A stretch of DNA of 64,000 nucleotides from Octopus sinensis (lineage: Eukaryota). The stretch lies in NCBI RefSeq assembly GCF_006345805.1, contig NC_043003.1:47678001-47742000 (forward strand), in the 5' to 3' direction. The notes under the pieces were generated by a model. The model had not been told where the DNA came from, searched no databases, and was given only the letters and a program-made list of their open reading frames with translations. Both the position numbers and the translations under genes were made by a program. This document shows, piece after piece, positions 25,985 to 37,189 of the stretch (the first letter of the stretch is position 1; each line of letters starts with the position of its first letter).

Positions 25985-26615
25985 GGGCACTTTCTTCCAA
26001 TTTCCTTGTTATTCTTCTTGATACCTCCTGATACTGTTCCCAAAGACCCAACAATAATTGGCACTATCTTCATCATCTTCATTTTCCATAGCTGAGTTAT
26101 TTTGTAATTAAGAGAATTGTATATATCTATTTTCCCATCTTCATTCTTGACTATGCATATTAGGCACTATTATTATTATTTATTGTCTTTGCACAGCTTC
26201 TAATACTGGAAATGTACTACAGTGCCAGCTGTTCACTACCAGTGAACTAAGGTAACCCCTTATTTTTCGAACACCATACGGAGTATTTGATCTGTTCGAA
26301 GCAGTGCTGTTTTACTGCAAGTACTCTACCCATATTGCAGCTCCTATTTGTTCCATGTACTTCTCAAGATTTTTACTCACTGTTCCCAGGGCTCCAACAA
26401 TTATTGGTACTACTACCATCTTTTTCAGTGACCACAATTGCTTAACCTCCCAAGCTAACCTGTCATATCTATCGACATTTCTTTCTTCCTTATTGCATAC
26501 CTTGTTGTCAGCTGGGCATGCTATATCTATGATCCAGCATTGTTTGCTTTCTTTCATAGGAGAGTATTGTAGTTTGCTTGAAGCATTGTGTATTGTTTGT
26601 AAAATATTATGTCTT
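25985..26615 (-). mobile_element. Decayed R4/Dong-like RLE retroelement 3' fragments
   Basis: ORF 26312-26626 reads ..IIDIACPADNKV..ERNVDRYDRLAWEVKQLW..VPIIVGALG. A second, more decayed VPIIVGSLGTV piece lies at ~25985-26110. Confidence 0.75.
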
Positions 26616-26617
26616 AA

Positions 26618-26784
26618 ATGGCACAATGCACTATAGTAACAACAATGGACTATAATGACTGTTATAATTTAATTATCCATAGTCTGATATAATAATAATT
26701 ATTATTATTAGATCAGACTATGATAATTAAATTATAACAGTTATTATAGTCGATTGTTGTTATTATAGTGCATTGTTGTGCCAT
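26618..26784. repeat. ~83-bp-arm imperfect palindrome centred on a (TAA)n/(TTA)n switch
   Basis: atggcacaatgcactatagtaacaacaatggac...agtctgat-ataataataat|tattattatta-gatcagact...gtgcattgttgtgccat. Confidence 0.9.
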
Positions 26785-26959
26785 ACGAGAACATTATATC
26801 ACTAACATATTCAGTAACTATAATAAATTTAATTTATCCTTGACAATTTTTAGTTTTACCAATTTTAAATGTATCACTCCTGTTTAAAACCTCTTACCTA
26901 CTTGACAATTGCATTTCTAGCTCTGCCTTGAAGGAAGGTTTGTTGTTAAATCTCCGTTA

Positions 26960-27100
26960 ACAGCACTGTATGCAGGTCCTTTCTGTTTCTTTCACGTACG
27001 GATAAATTTTTCACTATAGACCTTAATGGTTGTAAAGACACTACATCAGTGGATAGACTAAAAAAGACCTTCATAGTGAAAACTGTTCCTATTTCCACTG
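26960..27100 (+). mobile_element. Ty3/Gypsy integrase C-terminal remnant
   Basis: ALYAGPF...DKFFTIDLNGCKDTTSVDRLK matches the GPY/F module and the downstream V.VDRLK motif. Confidence 0.6.
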
Positions 27101-27380
27101 CAGACAACACACACACAGTATTACCAACATGGCCCTCACAACCATCTTCACATTCCATAACTACCATTGGGATCAATCAGGTACCAGACAAGGATTCTGG
27201 ATTATTTTTCCGTTTTTTTTTACTTAATTTTTGAGAGCAGTCAGGTTCATTTTTAGTATTCTTATTTATGAGAGCAGTCGAGTTTATTTCAGATATTCTC
27301 ATTTTAAAAATCATCTCCAGATAATCAATGAGAGGACATTGGTAATTACTTTGGTGGAGGTTTGCACTCACTGAGTTCTC

Positions 27381-27451
<71 letters not shown>

Positions 27452-27454
<3 letters not shown>

Positions 27455-28539
27455 TAGTTTTATTTTTATTTTTATAGCGTGCTTTCACTTCACTACCGAG
27501 CGCAGCTCTGTGTGCCTTGGGTATGTGCTGTGATTTGTTGTGATGCTCTGATGGTTATTGTATGGAAAGTGTTCTGCGTAGGATGTGTGCAGTGCCTAGT
27601 AGTGCAATTTTCTGTATGTTATATGTGTTTGTAAGTCCTGGTGTTTTTGTTATGTATTTGTCTGAATATTTTTTTATCATGCCTAATGCACCTACTATGA
27701 TAGGAATTGTTTCTGTTTTCAGATTCCACATTCTAGTTACCTCTATTTCCAGGTCTTTGTATTTTGAGAGTTTCTCCATTTCTTTTAGAGACACGTTGTC
27801 ATCTGCCGGTACTGATACATCAATTAGAAAGCATTTTTTTCTTCATGGTCTCTGACAACTATATCTGGTCTGTTGGCCTTAATTTCTCTCTGTGTGTATC
27901 GGCATATCCCAGAGTATGGTTGCTTTCTCGTTTTCTGTGACCTTTTCTGGTGTGTGCCTATACCATCTTTTTTCTGTTGTTATTCCATAATGTTGGCATA
28001 GCTTCCAATGTATGTAAGTTCCAACTCTGTCGTGTCTGTGAATATATTCCTTCTTAGCCAGGACTGGGCAGCTAGAGATAATATGATTTATTGTTTCTTG
28101 TCCATCTCCACATATTCTGCAGTTACTTGTAATATTTCTTTTCATTACATGTTTTTGGTAATTTCTGGTGGGGAGGCTTTGGTCTTGTGCTGCAATTAAA
28201 AATCCCTCTGTTTCTGCTTTGAGTCCTGAGCTTCTCAACCATTGCTGGGATTTTTCTTTGTCTATTTCTTTTGCGTTTAGTTTAGTCCAGTATTTACCAT
28301 GAAGGGGCTTTTCTTGCCATCGTTTTATCATGGTTCGTTGCTGTTCTATTTTTAGTTTGGATTTCATTTTTTTTATAGCTTTTGTTGTTTCTTCATCTTC
28401 TTCTTCTTCTTCTTCATGTTTATTAGGTGGTATGATTTCTTGTTTGTATTTGTCAGCTTCCTTAAATACTGAGAACAGTTTTTTGTTTTGCTCGTGTTTT
28501 GCCGCTATCTGGATCAGTTTTCCTTCCTTCTGAAGTAGA

Positions 28540-28543
<4 letters not shown>
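27452..28543 (-). mobile_element. 5'-truncated R4/Dong-like RLE retroelement inside (TTA)n
   Basis: KPLHGKY, AAQDQSL.TRNY, CCHC finger CRIC..ETINHIISSC, RHD, and K..KYKDL..VPIIVGALG, with a frameshift near 27840. (TTA)n lies on both sides. Confidence 0.92.
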
Positions 28544-28631
<88 letters not shown>

Positions 28632-28640
28632 ATTATTATT

Positions 28641-28906
28641 CAGTAGTTTTATTTTTTATAGCGTGCTTTCACTTCACTACCGAGCGCAGCTCTGTGTGCC
28701 TTGGGTATGTGCTGTGATTTGTTGTGATGCTCTGATGGTTATTGTATGGAAAGTGCTCTGCGTAGGATGTGTGCAGTGCCTAGTAGTGCAATTTTCTGTA
28801 TGATATATGTGTTTGTAAGTCCTGGTGTTTATGTTATGTATTTGTCTGAATATTTTTTTATCATGCCTAATGCACCTACTATGATAGGAATTGTTTCTGT
28901 TTTCAG

Positions 28907-28909
<3 letters not shown>
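28641..28909 (-). mobile_element. Short 3' copy of the same R4/Dong-like element inside (TTA)n
   Basis: Nearly identical to 27452-27730, with the same 3' junction cagtagtttt next to (TTA)n. Confidence 0.92.
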
Positions 28910-28971
<62 letters not shown>

Positions 28972-29089
28972 CATTATCATTATCATCATCATCATCATCA
29001 TAGACATTGCACACAGTATCAAATATCATGATGTTGATTGAAGATATTATGTCTACCGGGGGTTTGTACTGTCTGTCAAGTCACAAGGA

Positions 29090-29420
29090 CCTCAGACAGA
29101 CAGTACTTTATATAATATGCATGCAGTTTCAAGTAATGTTGATTTTTGCAATACACCTAGATTGTAGAGTATTCATAAAGTTTCCATTTGTTTCTTCAGA
29201 TTGGGTGGTATTGAACCAATGCTCTGCTGATAATGACAACCTTTATGTTTGACTCTTGTAGCTGTCACATCTTAGTACATCTCAATTCTCAGGTCTTCAT
29301 ATTTATCAATCTTTTTTCTTTCTTTCATGATCACCTGGCACTGCCACGTCGATTATTAGGCACTCTTGTTTGTCTTTCCTAAAAGTTGCTATATTTGGCC
29401 TTATTATTGTTAATATTGAG
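29090..29420 (-). mobile_element. Older R4/Dong-like 3' remnant
   Basis: KEKKIDKYEDLRIE and LQKSTLLETACILYKVL remnants. Confidence 0.6.
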
Positions 29421-30089
29421 TGAGAAAGCAGTGCATGCCGTTAAAGTGACACTGCAGTAACATATATGAAGCCCAGTGTACCCATCATGACTGCCTATCT
29501 GATAAGAGTACACCAGGCATATGCATCACAGCCATGTGTGCATAACATAGTGATCTCATATCAAGATAAACAGCTCATGACCTTGCAGGTGGGGCTCCAT
29601 TAGAATTTTCTTCAGGTTACGAATCCCACCCACTCAAAATGTCTCTGAATAAGGGTTGTTTAGGGATGTTGAATGAAATACCCATGTTTCCAAAAGTGAA
29701 TTATCCAAACCCCAAAGAATTCCTCTCAATGCATGGCTATGATGCTCCCCCACTATTTTTGCTTGTGATCAGAGATGCACATATCATCAACCACTAAGGA
29801 ACAACTGCTTAAGGTCAAACAACTGACAAGCAAATCTGTGGTATTGAGCAGAATATTTGTTGTAGCACATCTTTTATACCAAAACAAAGTGATGTACATG
29901 ATAACACTTCCAATCAGTTAAGATCAGAAGCCATGAGAGCCACTGCCTGGTACCACATCAGGGCAGTATTATTATTATTATTATTATTATATTATTATTA
30001 TTATTATTATTATTATTATGTGTTGACATTGATGGTGACATTGATGGGTGATCACAAGTCCCCTGCCTTGACCTACCACAGATGACCTT

Positions 30090-31330
30090 CCATTAATTTC
30101 ACAGATTTTTGCACAGAAGTTTTCAGCTACAGATTGATTACCGACTGTTATTGAAATTTGGGTCAGTAAATGGAATTCCTACCTATTCTGCTAATAGGTT
30201 ACAATGCTGGGCTACAATATTATTAAACTATGATTTCAAGATGGAGTATACACCATTGAAGAAATTAGACCATGCAGATTGTCTGTCAAGACTGATTTCA
30301 AAAAACGTGGAACCATTTGAAGATACTGTGATTGCCACTTTGCGAACGATAAATAAAAATTAAAAGTGTTTTGTGTAATGCCATTCACAAACTGCCAGTT
30401 ACTTTACAAGACATAAAATTGAAATTTTAGAATGATAAATCTATATATATAAAACTCTAGTTCATTATAAAAATGAAAGAAACGCTAAAGGCCAAAGCAA
30501 ATTAAAATATGTGCAACACAAATGCAAACCATTTCTCACTGTGTGACAATGTGTTGATATATTCACAAAGAGTCATAATGTTAGCCACACTACAAAAGTG
30601 TTTATTAAAAGAATTTCATATGGGTACCCAGAGATTTCAAGAATGAAATCACTAAAGAGAAGTTACGTATTTTGGCTTACAATGGACTGTGACATTGAAG
30701 AGTCAGTGAAATCCTGCCGATTTTGTGCACTTGCAGCCAAGTCACCACTGGTAAAATTTCAACCGTGGCCTAAAACCGACAGTTCATGGATCAGGCTTCA
30801 TATAGATTTTTCTGGACCACTAAATGGTGCATATTACCTGATTGTGGTAGATAGTTATACTAAGTAACCAGAAATATTTAGATGTAGGAAACCAACCTCT
30901 ACAGTAACAATGGAACTTCTTCATGTACTCTTTGCAAGATATAGTGTCCCGACACCAAAGTATCTGATTACGGTATGCAGTTTACAGCGTATGAGTTTTA
31001 AAGTTTTTGCAAAATGTACACAATTGATCACATCTCTACTCAGCCATATCCCACAAGATCAAACATGCAAGCAGAACAGTTTGTAGATACATTTAATAGA
31101 GCATTAAAGAAATCAAGAAACGAGCTGGTCAATGATGCAGCATTGACACAATTGAGGGTTTATAGAATAACATCAAACCCAAACATTTGTTCCAGCAAGT
31201 TGCCTGCAGAACTAATGGTTGCTTGAAAAAGAAAATCAATGTTTGACAAGCTGTTACCAGTAAGAAAAACAAATAGGAAAAACACACACATTCTGACATA
31301 AGAGGCGAAGATCTTTGATCATTGCAAGAT
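30090..31330 (+). mobile_element. Ty3/Gypsy pol remnant (RNase H end, HHCC finger, integrase core), copy A
   Basis: ANRLQCWATILLNYDF..HADCLSRL, GYPEISRMKSL.RSYVFW..C..C and WIRLHIDFSGP..YLIVVDSYTK, with many stops and frameshifts. Confidence 0.9.
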
Positions 31331-31642
31331 GCACTGCAGTGATGGTGTGTGGCAAGTATGTTTTCCTTGATCAAGAGTAAAAGTTAAAGGTTCATAGATG
31401 ATCAGAAAGCATTGTAGTTCCAACTGTAAATGGTGCTGACTGGCACTCCACTGGCATTTGCTTCAGTGACCCAACAGGGAGTCTGCATGGGAAACCATAG
31501 TCGGTTCCAGGAGGAGTATGGTTGCAAAACAGAAACTTACAGTTAAATATGATTGGACACTTACATTTCATTTTATCAAGCACTTATATTTCATTTTATA
31601 TTGCTTAGGTATGCCTCTAATTAATTCATTATTTAATTGCAG

Positions 31643-31741
31643 GTATGAGTTATGTGCTGCCAATCATTGGGGGTTATATTTCTGATAGCATTTCTGGAAA
31701 ATTTAATGCCCTTTATGGATAAAGCCTCATCTGCTTGTGTG
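31643..31741 (+). pseudogene. SLC15A4-like: SLC15-like exon 2, copy A (TM2), with in-frame TAA at 31720-31722
   Basis: ttgcAG|GT acceptor and G|GTAAG donor, 99 nt, phase 1-1. Reads (G)MSYVLPIIGGYISDSISGKFNALYG*SLICLC(G). Confidence 0.85.
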
Positions 31742-32152
31742 GTAAGAAGAAACAAATTTTATTTCTGCCTTTAATCCTTTATATCTCACCTTTCTTTCTT
31801 TCCTTCTTTCTTTCAGAATTTATTATAATTATAATGATGACAGGTATTTAGTGTATTAAGCTCTGAGAGAAGAGGGTAATATTTGAACTCAGAATTAACA
31901 AGGATAAAACTACTGTACAACATTAAATCATATACATTATTTACATTTGACGGATATTTGCCCTCATCATGTTTGTTGTTAACACGTTTTGGCTTATATA
32001 CCCTCCAGCCTTCATCAGATGTTTTGGGGAAATTTCGAACCTGGATTCTCGATGCTATTATTATTATTATTATTATTATTATGTGTTGACATTGATGGTG
32101 ACATTGATGGGTGATCACAAGTCCCCTGCCTTGACCTACCACAGATGACCTT

Positions 32153-33393
32153 CCATTAATTTCACAGATTTTTGCACAGAAGTTTTCAGCTACAGATTGA
32201 TTACCGACTGTTATTGAAATTTGGGTCAGTAAATGGAATTCCTACCTATTCTGCTAATAGGTTACAATGCTGGGCTACAATATTATTAAACTATGATTTC
32301 AAGATGGAGTATACACCATTGAAGAAATTAGACCATGCAGATTGTCTGTCAAGACTGATTTCAAAAAACGTGGAACCATTTGAAGATACTGTGATTGCCA
32401 CTTTGCGAACGATAAATAAAAATTAAAAATGTTTTGTGTAATGCCATTCACAAACTGCCAGTTACTTTACAAGACATAAAATTGAAATTTTAGAATGATA
32501 AATCTATATATATAAAACTCTAGTTCATTATAAAAATGAAAGAAACGCTAAAGGCCAAAGCAAATTAAAATATGTGCAACACAAATGCAAACCATTTCTC
32601 ACTGTGTGACAATGTGTTGATATATTCACAAAGAGTCATAGTGTTAGCCACACTACAAAAGTGTTTATTAAAAGAATTTCATATGGGTACCCAGAGATTT
32701 CAAGAATGAAATCACTAAAGAGAAGTTACGTATTTTGGCTTACAATGGACTGTGACATTGAAGAGTCAGTGAAATCCTGCCGATTTTGTGCACTTGCAGC
32801 CAAGTCACCACTGGTAAAATTTCAACCGTGGCCTAAAACCGACAGTTCATGGATCAGGCTTCATATAGATTTTTCTGGACCACTAAATGGTGCATATTAC
32901 CTGATTGTGGTAGATAGTTATACTAAGTAACCAGAAATATTTAGATGTAGGAAACCAACCTCTACAGTAACAATGGAACTTCTTCATGTACTCTTTGCAA
33001 GATATAGTGTCCCGACACCAAAGTATCTGATTACGGTATGCAGTTTACAGCGTATGAGTTTTAAAGTTTTTGCAAAATGTACACAATTGATCACATCTCT
33101 ACTCAGCCATATCCCACAAGATCAAACATGCAAGCAGAACAGTTTGTAGATACATTTAATAGAGCATTAAAGAAATCAAGAAACGAGCTGGTCAATGATG
33201 CAGCATTGACACAATTGAGGGTTTATAGAATAACATCAAACCCAAACATTTGTTCCAGCAAGTTGCCTGCAGAACTAATGGTTGCTTGAAAAAGAAAATC
33301 AATGTTTGACAAGCTGTTACCAGTAAGAAAAACAAATAGGAAAAACACACACATTCTGACATAAGAGGCGAAGATCTTTGATCATTGCAAGAT
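32153..33393 (+). mobile_element. Ty3/Gypsy pol remnant, copy B
   Basis: Duplicate of copy A. Confidence 0.9.
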
Positions 33394-33705
33394 GCACTGC
33401 AGTGATGGTGTGTGGCAAGTATGTTTTCCTTGATCAAGAGTAAAAGTTGAAGGTTCATAGATGATCAGAAAGCATTGTAGTTCCAACTGTAAATGGTGCT
33501 GACTGGCACTCCACTGGCATTTGCTTCAGTGACCCAACAGGGAGTCTGCATGGGAAACCATAGTCGGTTCCAGGAGGAGTATGGTTGCAAAACAGAAACT
33601 TACAGTTAAATATGATTGGACACTTACATTTCATTTTATCAAGCACTTATATTTCATTTTATATTGCTTAGGTATGCCTCTAATTAATTCATTATTTAAT
33701 TGCAG

Positions 33706-33804
33706 GTATGAGTTATGTGCTGCCAATCATTGGGGGTTATATTTCTGATAGCATTTCTGGAAAATTTAATGCCCTTTATGGATAAAGCCTCATCTGCTTG
33801 TGTG
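33706..33804 (+). pseudogene. SLC15A4-like: SLC15-like exon 2, copy B, with in-frame TAA at 33783-33785
   Basis: Same sequence as copy A at an offset of +2063. Confidence 0.85.
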
Positions 33805-34188
33805 GTAAGAAGAAACAAATTTTATTTCTGCCTTTAATCCTTTATATCTCACCTTTCTTTCTTTCCTTCTTTCTTTCAGTATTTATTATAATTATAATGA
33901 TGACAGGTATTTAGTGTATTAAGCTCTGAGAGAAGAGGGTAATATTTGAACTCAGAATTAACAAGGATAAAACTACTGTACAACATTAAATCATATACAT
34001 TATTTACATTTGACGGATATTTGCCCTCATCATGTTTGTTGTTAACACGTTTTGGCTTATATACCCTCCAGCCTTCATCAGATGTTTTGGGGAAATTTCG
34101 AACCTGGATTCTCGATGCTATTATTATTATTATTATTATTACTATTATTATTATTATTATTATTATTGTTATTGTTATTATTATTATT

Positions 34189-34340
34189 CAGGACACTGCC
34201 TGGAATCGAACTCAGAATCTTGGGGTTAGTAGCCTGCACTCTTAACCACTATGCCATATGCCCATGGACATATGGTGTAGTGGTTAAGAGCATGGGTCAC
34301 TAACCCCAAGATTTTGAGTTCGATTCCAGGCAGTGACCTG
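34189..34340. repeat. Spacerless palindrome of two tRNA-derived heads (A box TGGTGTAGTGG, B box GAGTTCGATTCC)
   Basis: Symmetry axis between 34264 and 34265 (CCATGG), no indels, a few substitutions between arms. Confidence 0.92.
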
Positions 34341-34362
34341 AATAATAATAATAATAATAATG

Positions 34363-34395
<33 letters not shown>

Positions 34396-36850
34396 GGCAC
34401 TCACGAAGGCCCATAATTGGAAATCCCCCGGTAAAGATAGAGTGCCGAATTTCTGGCTCGCATCGCTCCCATGCGCACACGGTAAGCTAGTTCAGCTGCT
34501 CAATGGAATTATGAGAGACCCAAAGAAAACTCCTGAATGGTTAGCAAGTGGCATTACTTACCTACTCCCAAAGAATAACGAAACCAACCTTCCAAAAAAC
34601 TATCGGCCTATAACCTGTCTATCCACCACGTATAAAATCCTAACATCTATCCTGGCGGAGAAAACATATGCATTCATGGAGAAGAACGATATTTTCCCCA
34701 TTGAACAAAAAGGGTGCCGCCGAGGCTCTTACGGATGCAAAGATCAACTGCTAATCAATCGCATGATCCTTGAGAACTGTCACAACAAGCGCAGAAATCT
34801 CAGCACCGCATGGATTGACTATAAAAAGGCCTTCGACAGTATACCGCATCCATGGATCTTGAGATCGCTGGACATCTTCAAAATTTCCCCTGTGATTTCA
34901 AACTTCCTGAAGCACAATATGTCGTTGTGGAATACGAATCTCCAATTATACCACTCTAATGGAGTACTTGCCTCAGAAAATATAAACATCAACTGTGGAA
35001 TTTTTCAAGGTGACTCACTTTCACCTTTAATATTCTGCATAGCCCTAATACCCCTTACAAGTGAATTAAACAGAACAGGGTATGGGTATAAAATTGCCAA
35101 AAAAAAATAAGCCATCTATTTTATATGGATGACTTAAAACTTTATGGTAAAGACAATAATGAACTTGAAGGCCTATTGCGCACCGTGAAAGCATTCAGTG
35201 ATGACATCGGGATGGAGTTTGGACTTGAGAAGTGTGCCAAGGCCACTTTCCAGAAAGGGAAAGTGAAGACCACAAATTCAGTCGTGTTAGATGTTGACAC
35301 AGTCATAAGAGAGCTTGAGCAAGAGCAAACATACAAATATTTAGGGATAAATGAAGGCTCTGGTATTCAGCATGCAAGCATGAAAGAGAAAATCAGGAAG
35401 GAATGTTATAGGAGAGTTCGTGCAGTCCTGAAATCTGAACTAAATGCACGTAACAAGGTGTTAGCTATAAATTCCTTAGCAGTTCCAGTTGTTACTTATA
35501 GCTACAATGTGTTGAACTGGAATATGAGTGAAGTAAAGAATATAGATAGGAAAATACGCAAGCTGCTGAGTTGTAATAGGATGCACCACCCAAAGGCAGA
35601 CGTAGATCGCCTTTACCTTCCCAGAGCCCAAGGAGGTCGAGGCCTGATCCAATTTGAACTAGCTTACAAAACAACCACAATTGGACTGGCAAATATCTCG
35701 AAATATCGAATGACTGGATGCTAAAGCTCGTGGAAAATCACGAGAGACGAAAGAAGCTTCATTCTATCATAAAGGAAAGCAAAAAATTTGCTATTGATCT
35801 CGTGCAGGATACCCAAACTGAACAACCCGAGGGAAGTACGGCAACTATTGTTGCAAAGAAAGTGAAAATGATGGCAATGAAAAAAGCGCACGAGCAATTG
35901 GCTGATAGGTGGGAGGAGAAACCTCTGCACGGCAAATATGTGACCTGCAGCAAACAAGCTGATGTTGACCAGAAGCAAACCCATCAGTGGCTACGGAGCT
36001 CAGGGCTAAAAGCAGAGAGCGAAGGTTTCATCCTGGCTGCTCAAGATCAAAGCCTATTAACCCGGAACTACCAGGCCAATGTGATGAAAAATGGAGCAGA
36101 CCCAAAGTGCCGATTCTGCAATGACATGATTGAAACAGTGGACCACCTAATCTCTGGATGTAAAGTCTTAGCACCAGTGGAGTATAAATTAAGACATGAC
36201 AGAGTTGGCCAATATCTCCACTGGCTAATAAGTCGGCATTACAATATCAAAACTGCCGACAAGTGGTATAATCACCACCCTGATGCTGTAACTGAAGGAG
36301 AAAATGTAACCATTCTGTGGGACTTTCCAGTACATACAGACCGAACCATCAAGGCCAATAAACCAGATATTGTTGTGAAAGACCAAAACAATAAAGTTTG
36401 CTTATTGATCGACATGAGCATCCCCTGTGATCATAATATCTCAGCGAAAGAGTTTGACAAGCTCAGAAAATATAAAGACCTACTCATTGAAATTGAGAAA
36501 ATGTGGCATCTCAAGGCGGTTACAATACCAGTGATCGTAGGAGCACTAGGAATGATCAAGAAGGGAACCGAAAATTATATGAGAATGATCCCTGGCTTAC
36601 CATCCCTGCAAGAAGTGCAAAAGATTGTCTTAACTGGTACATCACACGTATTGAGAAGAGCATTGTCGATGTGAGAACTGTTGCTGCTCATGTATTTTAA
36701 TTTAACTAAAAAAAAAAAAAAAAAAAAAATGAACGAACTACTGAGTTTGGTTTAATGGCCTACCAATATATACTATGAGTTTCTTTGCCCTAGGAGTCGG
36801 GAAGACACTCGGCAAGAAATGGAAGCAAGTTTGAAAGAAGAAAAAAAAAA
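34396..36850 (+). mobile_element. Young 5'-truncated R4/Dong-like non-LTR retrotransposon (RT, CCHC, RLE) inserted in (TAA)n
   Basis: YRPITCL, EQKGC, WIDYKKAFDSIPH, GIFQGDSLSP, YMDDLKLY, YKYLG, CRFC..HLISGC, RHD, KPDIVV, IDMSIP and K..KY..L. Two frameshifts (poly-A at ~35100 and ~35700-35720). (TAA)n on both sides. Confidence 0.95.
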
Positions 36851-36926
36851 GTAATAACAATAATAATAATAATAACAACATCGAAAAATACCTTAAGAAT
36901 AAGAATCCAGGTTCAAAATTTTCCAA

Positions 36927-36972
36927 GACACCTGATGAACGCTGGAGGATATATCAGCCGAAACGTTGTGTT
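36927..36972 (+). ncRNA. Type I minimal hammerhead motif in the right arm of foldback element 1
   Basis: Stem I GACAC/GUGUU, CUGAUGA, extra A, stem II (C)GCUG/CAGC(C) with a C-C first pair, GAA, ACGU stem III, GUU triplet. Related copies at 37560-37605 (+) and 31981-32023, 34044-34086, 37236-37278 (-). Confidence 0.7.
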
Positions 36973-37189
36973 AATAACAAACAAAATGAGGACAAATACC
37001 CATCAAATGTAAATAATGTTAATAATGTACATAATTCCTCATCTCTTAAATATAGAACTGTATTAAATTATATGAGCAGCATCAGTGAAAATTCCATAGT
37101 TATTTTGAAAACTATAATATTGTTTGAAGGTTATAAGGAACTATGAAATATGTAATTTCTTTTGAAATTTTATTTTTTCTGAAGTATTT

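Larger units (their letters stand above)
30019..34119 (+). repeat. Near-identical tandem duplication, unit 2063 bp, bounded by (TTA)n tracts
   Basis: Constant offset of 2063. Differences noticed at 30366/32429, 30578/32641, 31386/33449 and 31817/33880. (TTA)n at 29967-30019, 32056-32082 and from 34119. Confidence 0.97.
33995..37060. mobile_element. Composite foldback element 1: hammerhead arm - (TTA)n - head-to-head tRNA-like heads - (TAA)n [R4 insertion] - hammerhead arm
   Basis: Left arm 33995-34118 is the reverse complement of right arm ~36880-37020. Central 76+76-bp palindrome at 34189-34340. The right end reads ...TATAGAACTG|TA. An orphan duplicate of the left arm lies at ~31932-32055. 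Confidence 0.85.

Noticed and set aside
29430-29966. Distinct mobile element ending in (TTA)n
   Set aside because: It looks repeat-like, but there is no second copy, ORF, TIR or TSD in this window, so it cannot be supported without a database search.
34265-34340. Functional tRNA genes (also ~37420-37493 and 49596-49665)
   Set aside because: A and B boxes are present, but the acceptor, anticodon and T stems do not pair properly, and the heads are attached to repeat bodies, so these are SINE-type heads.
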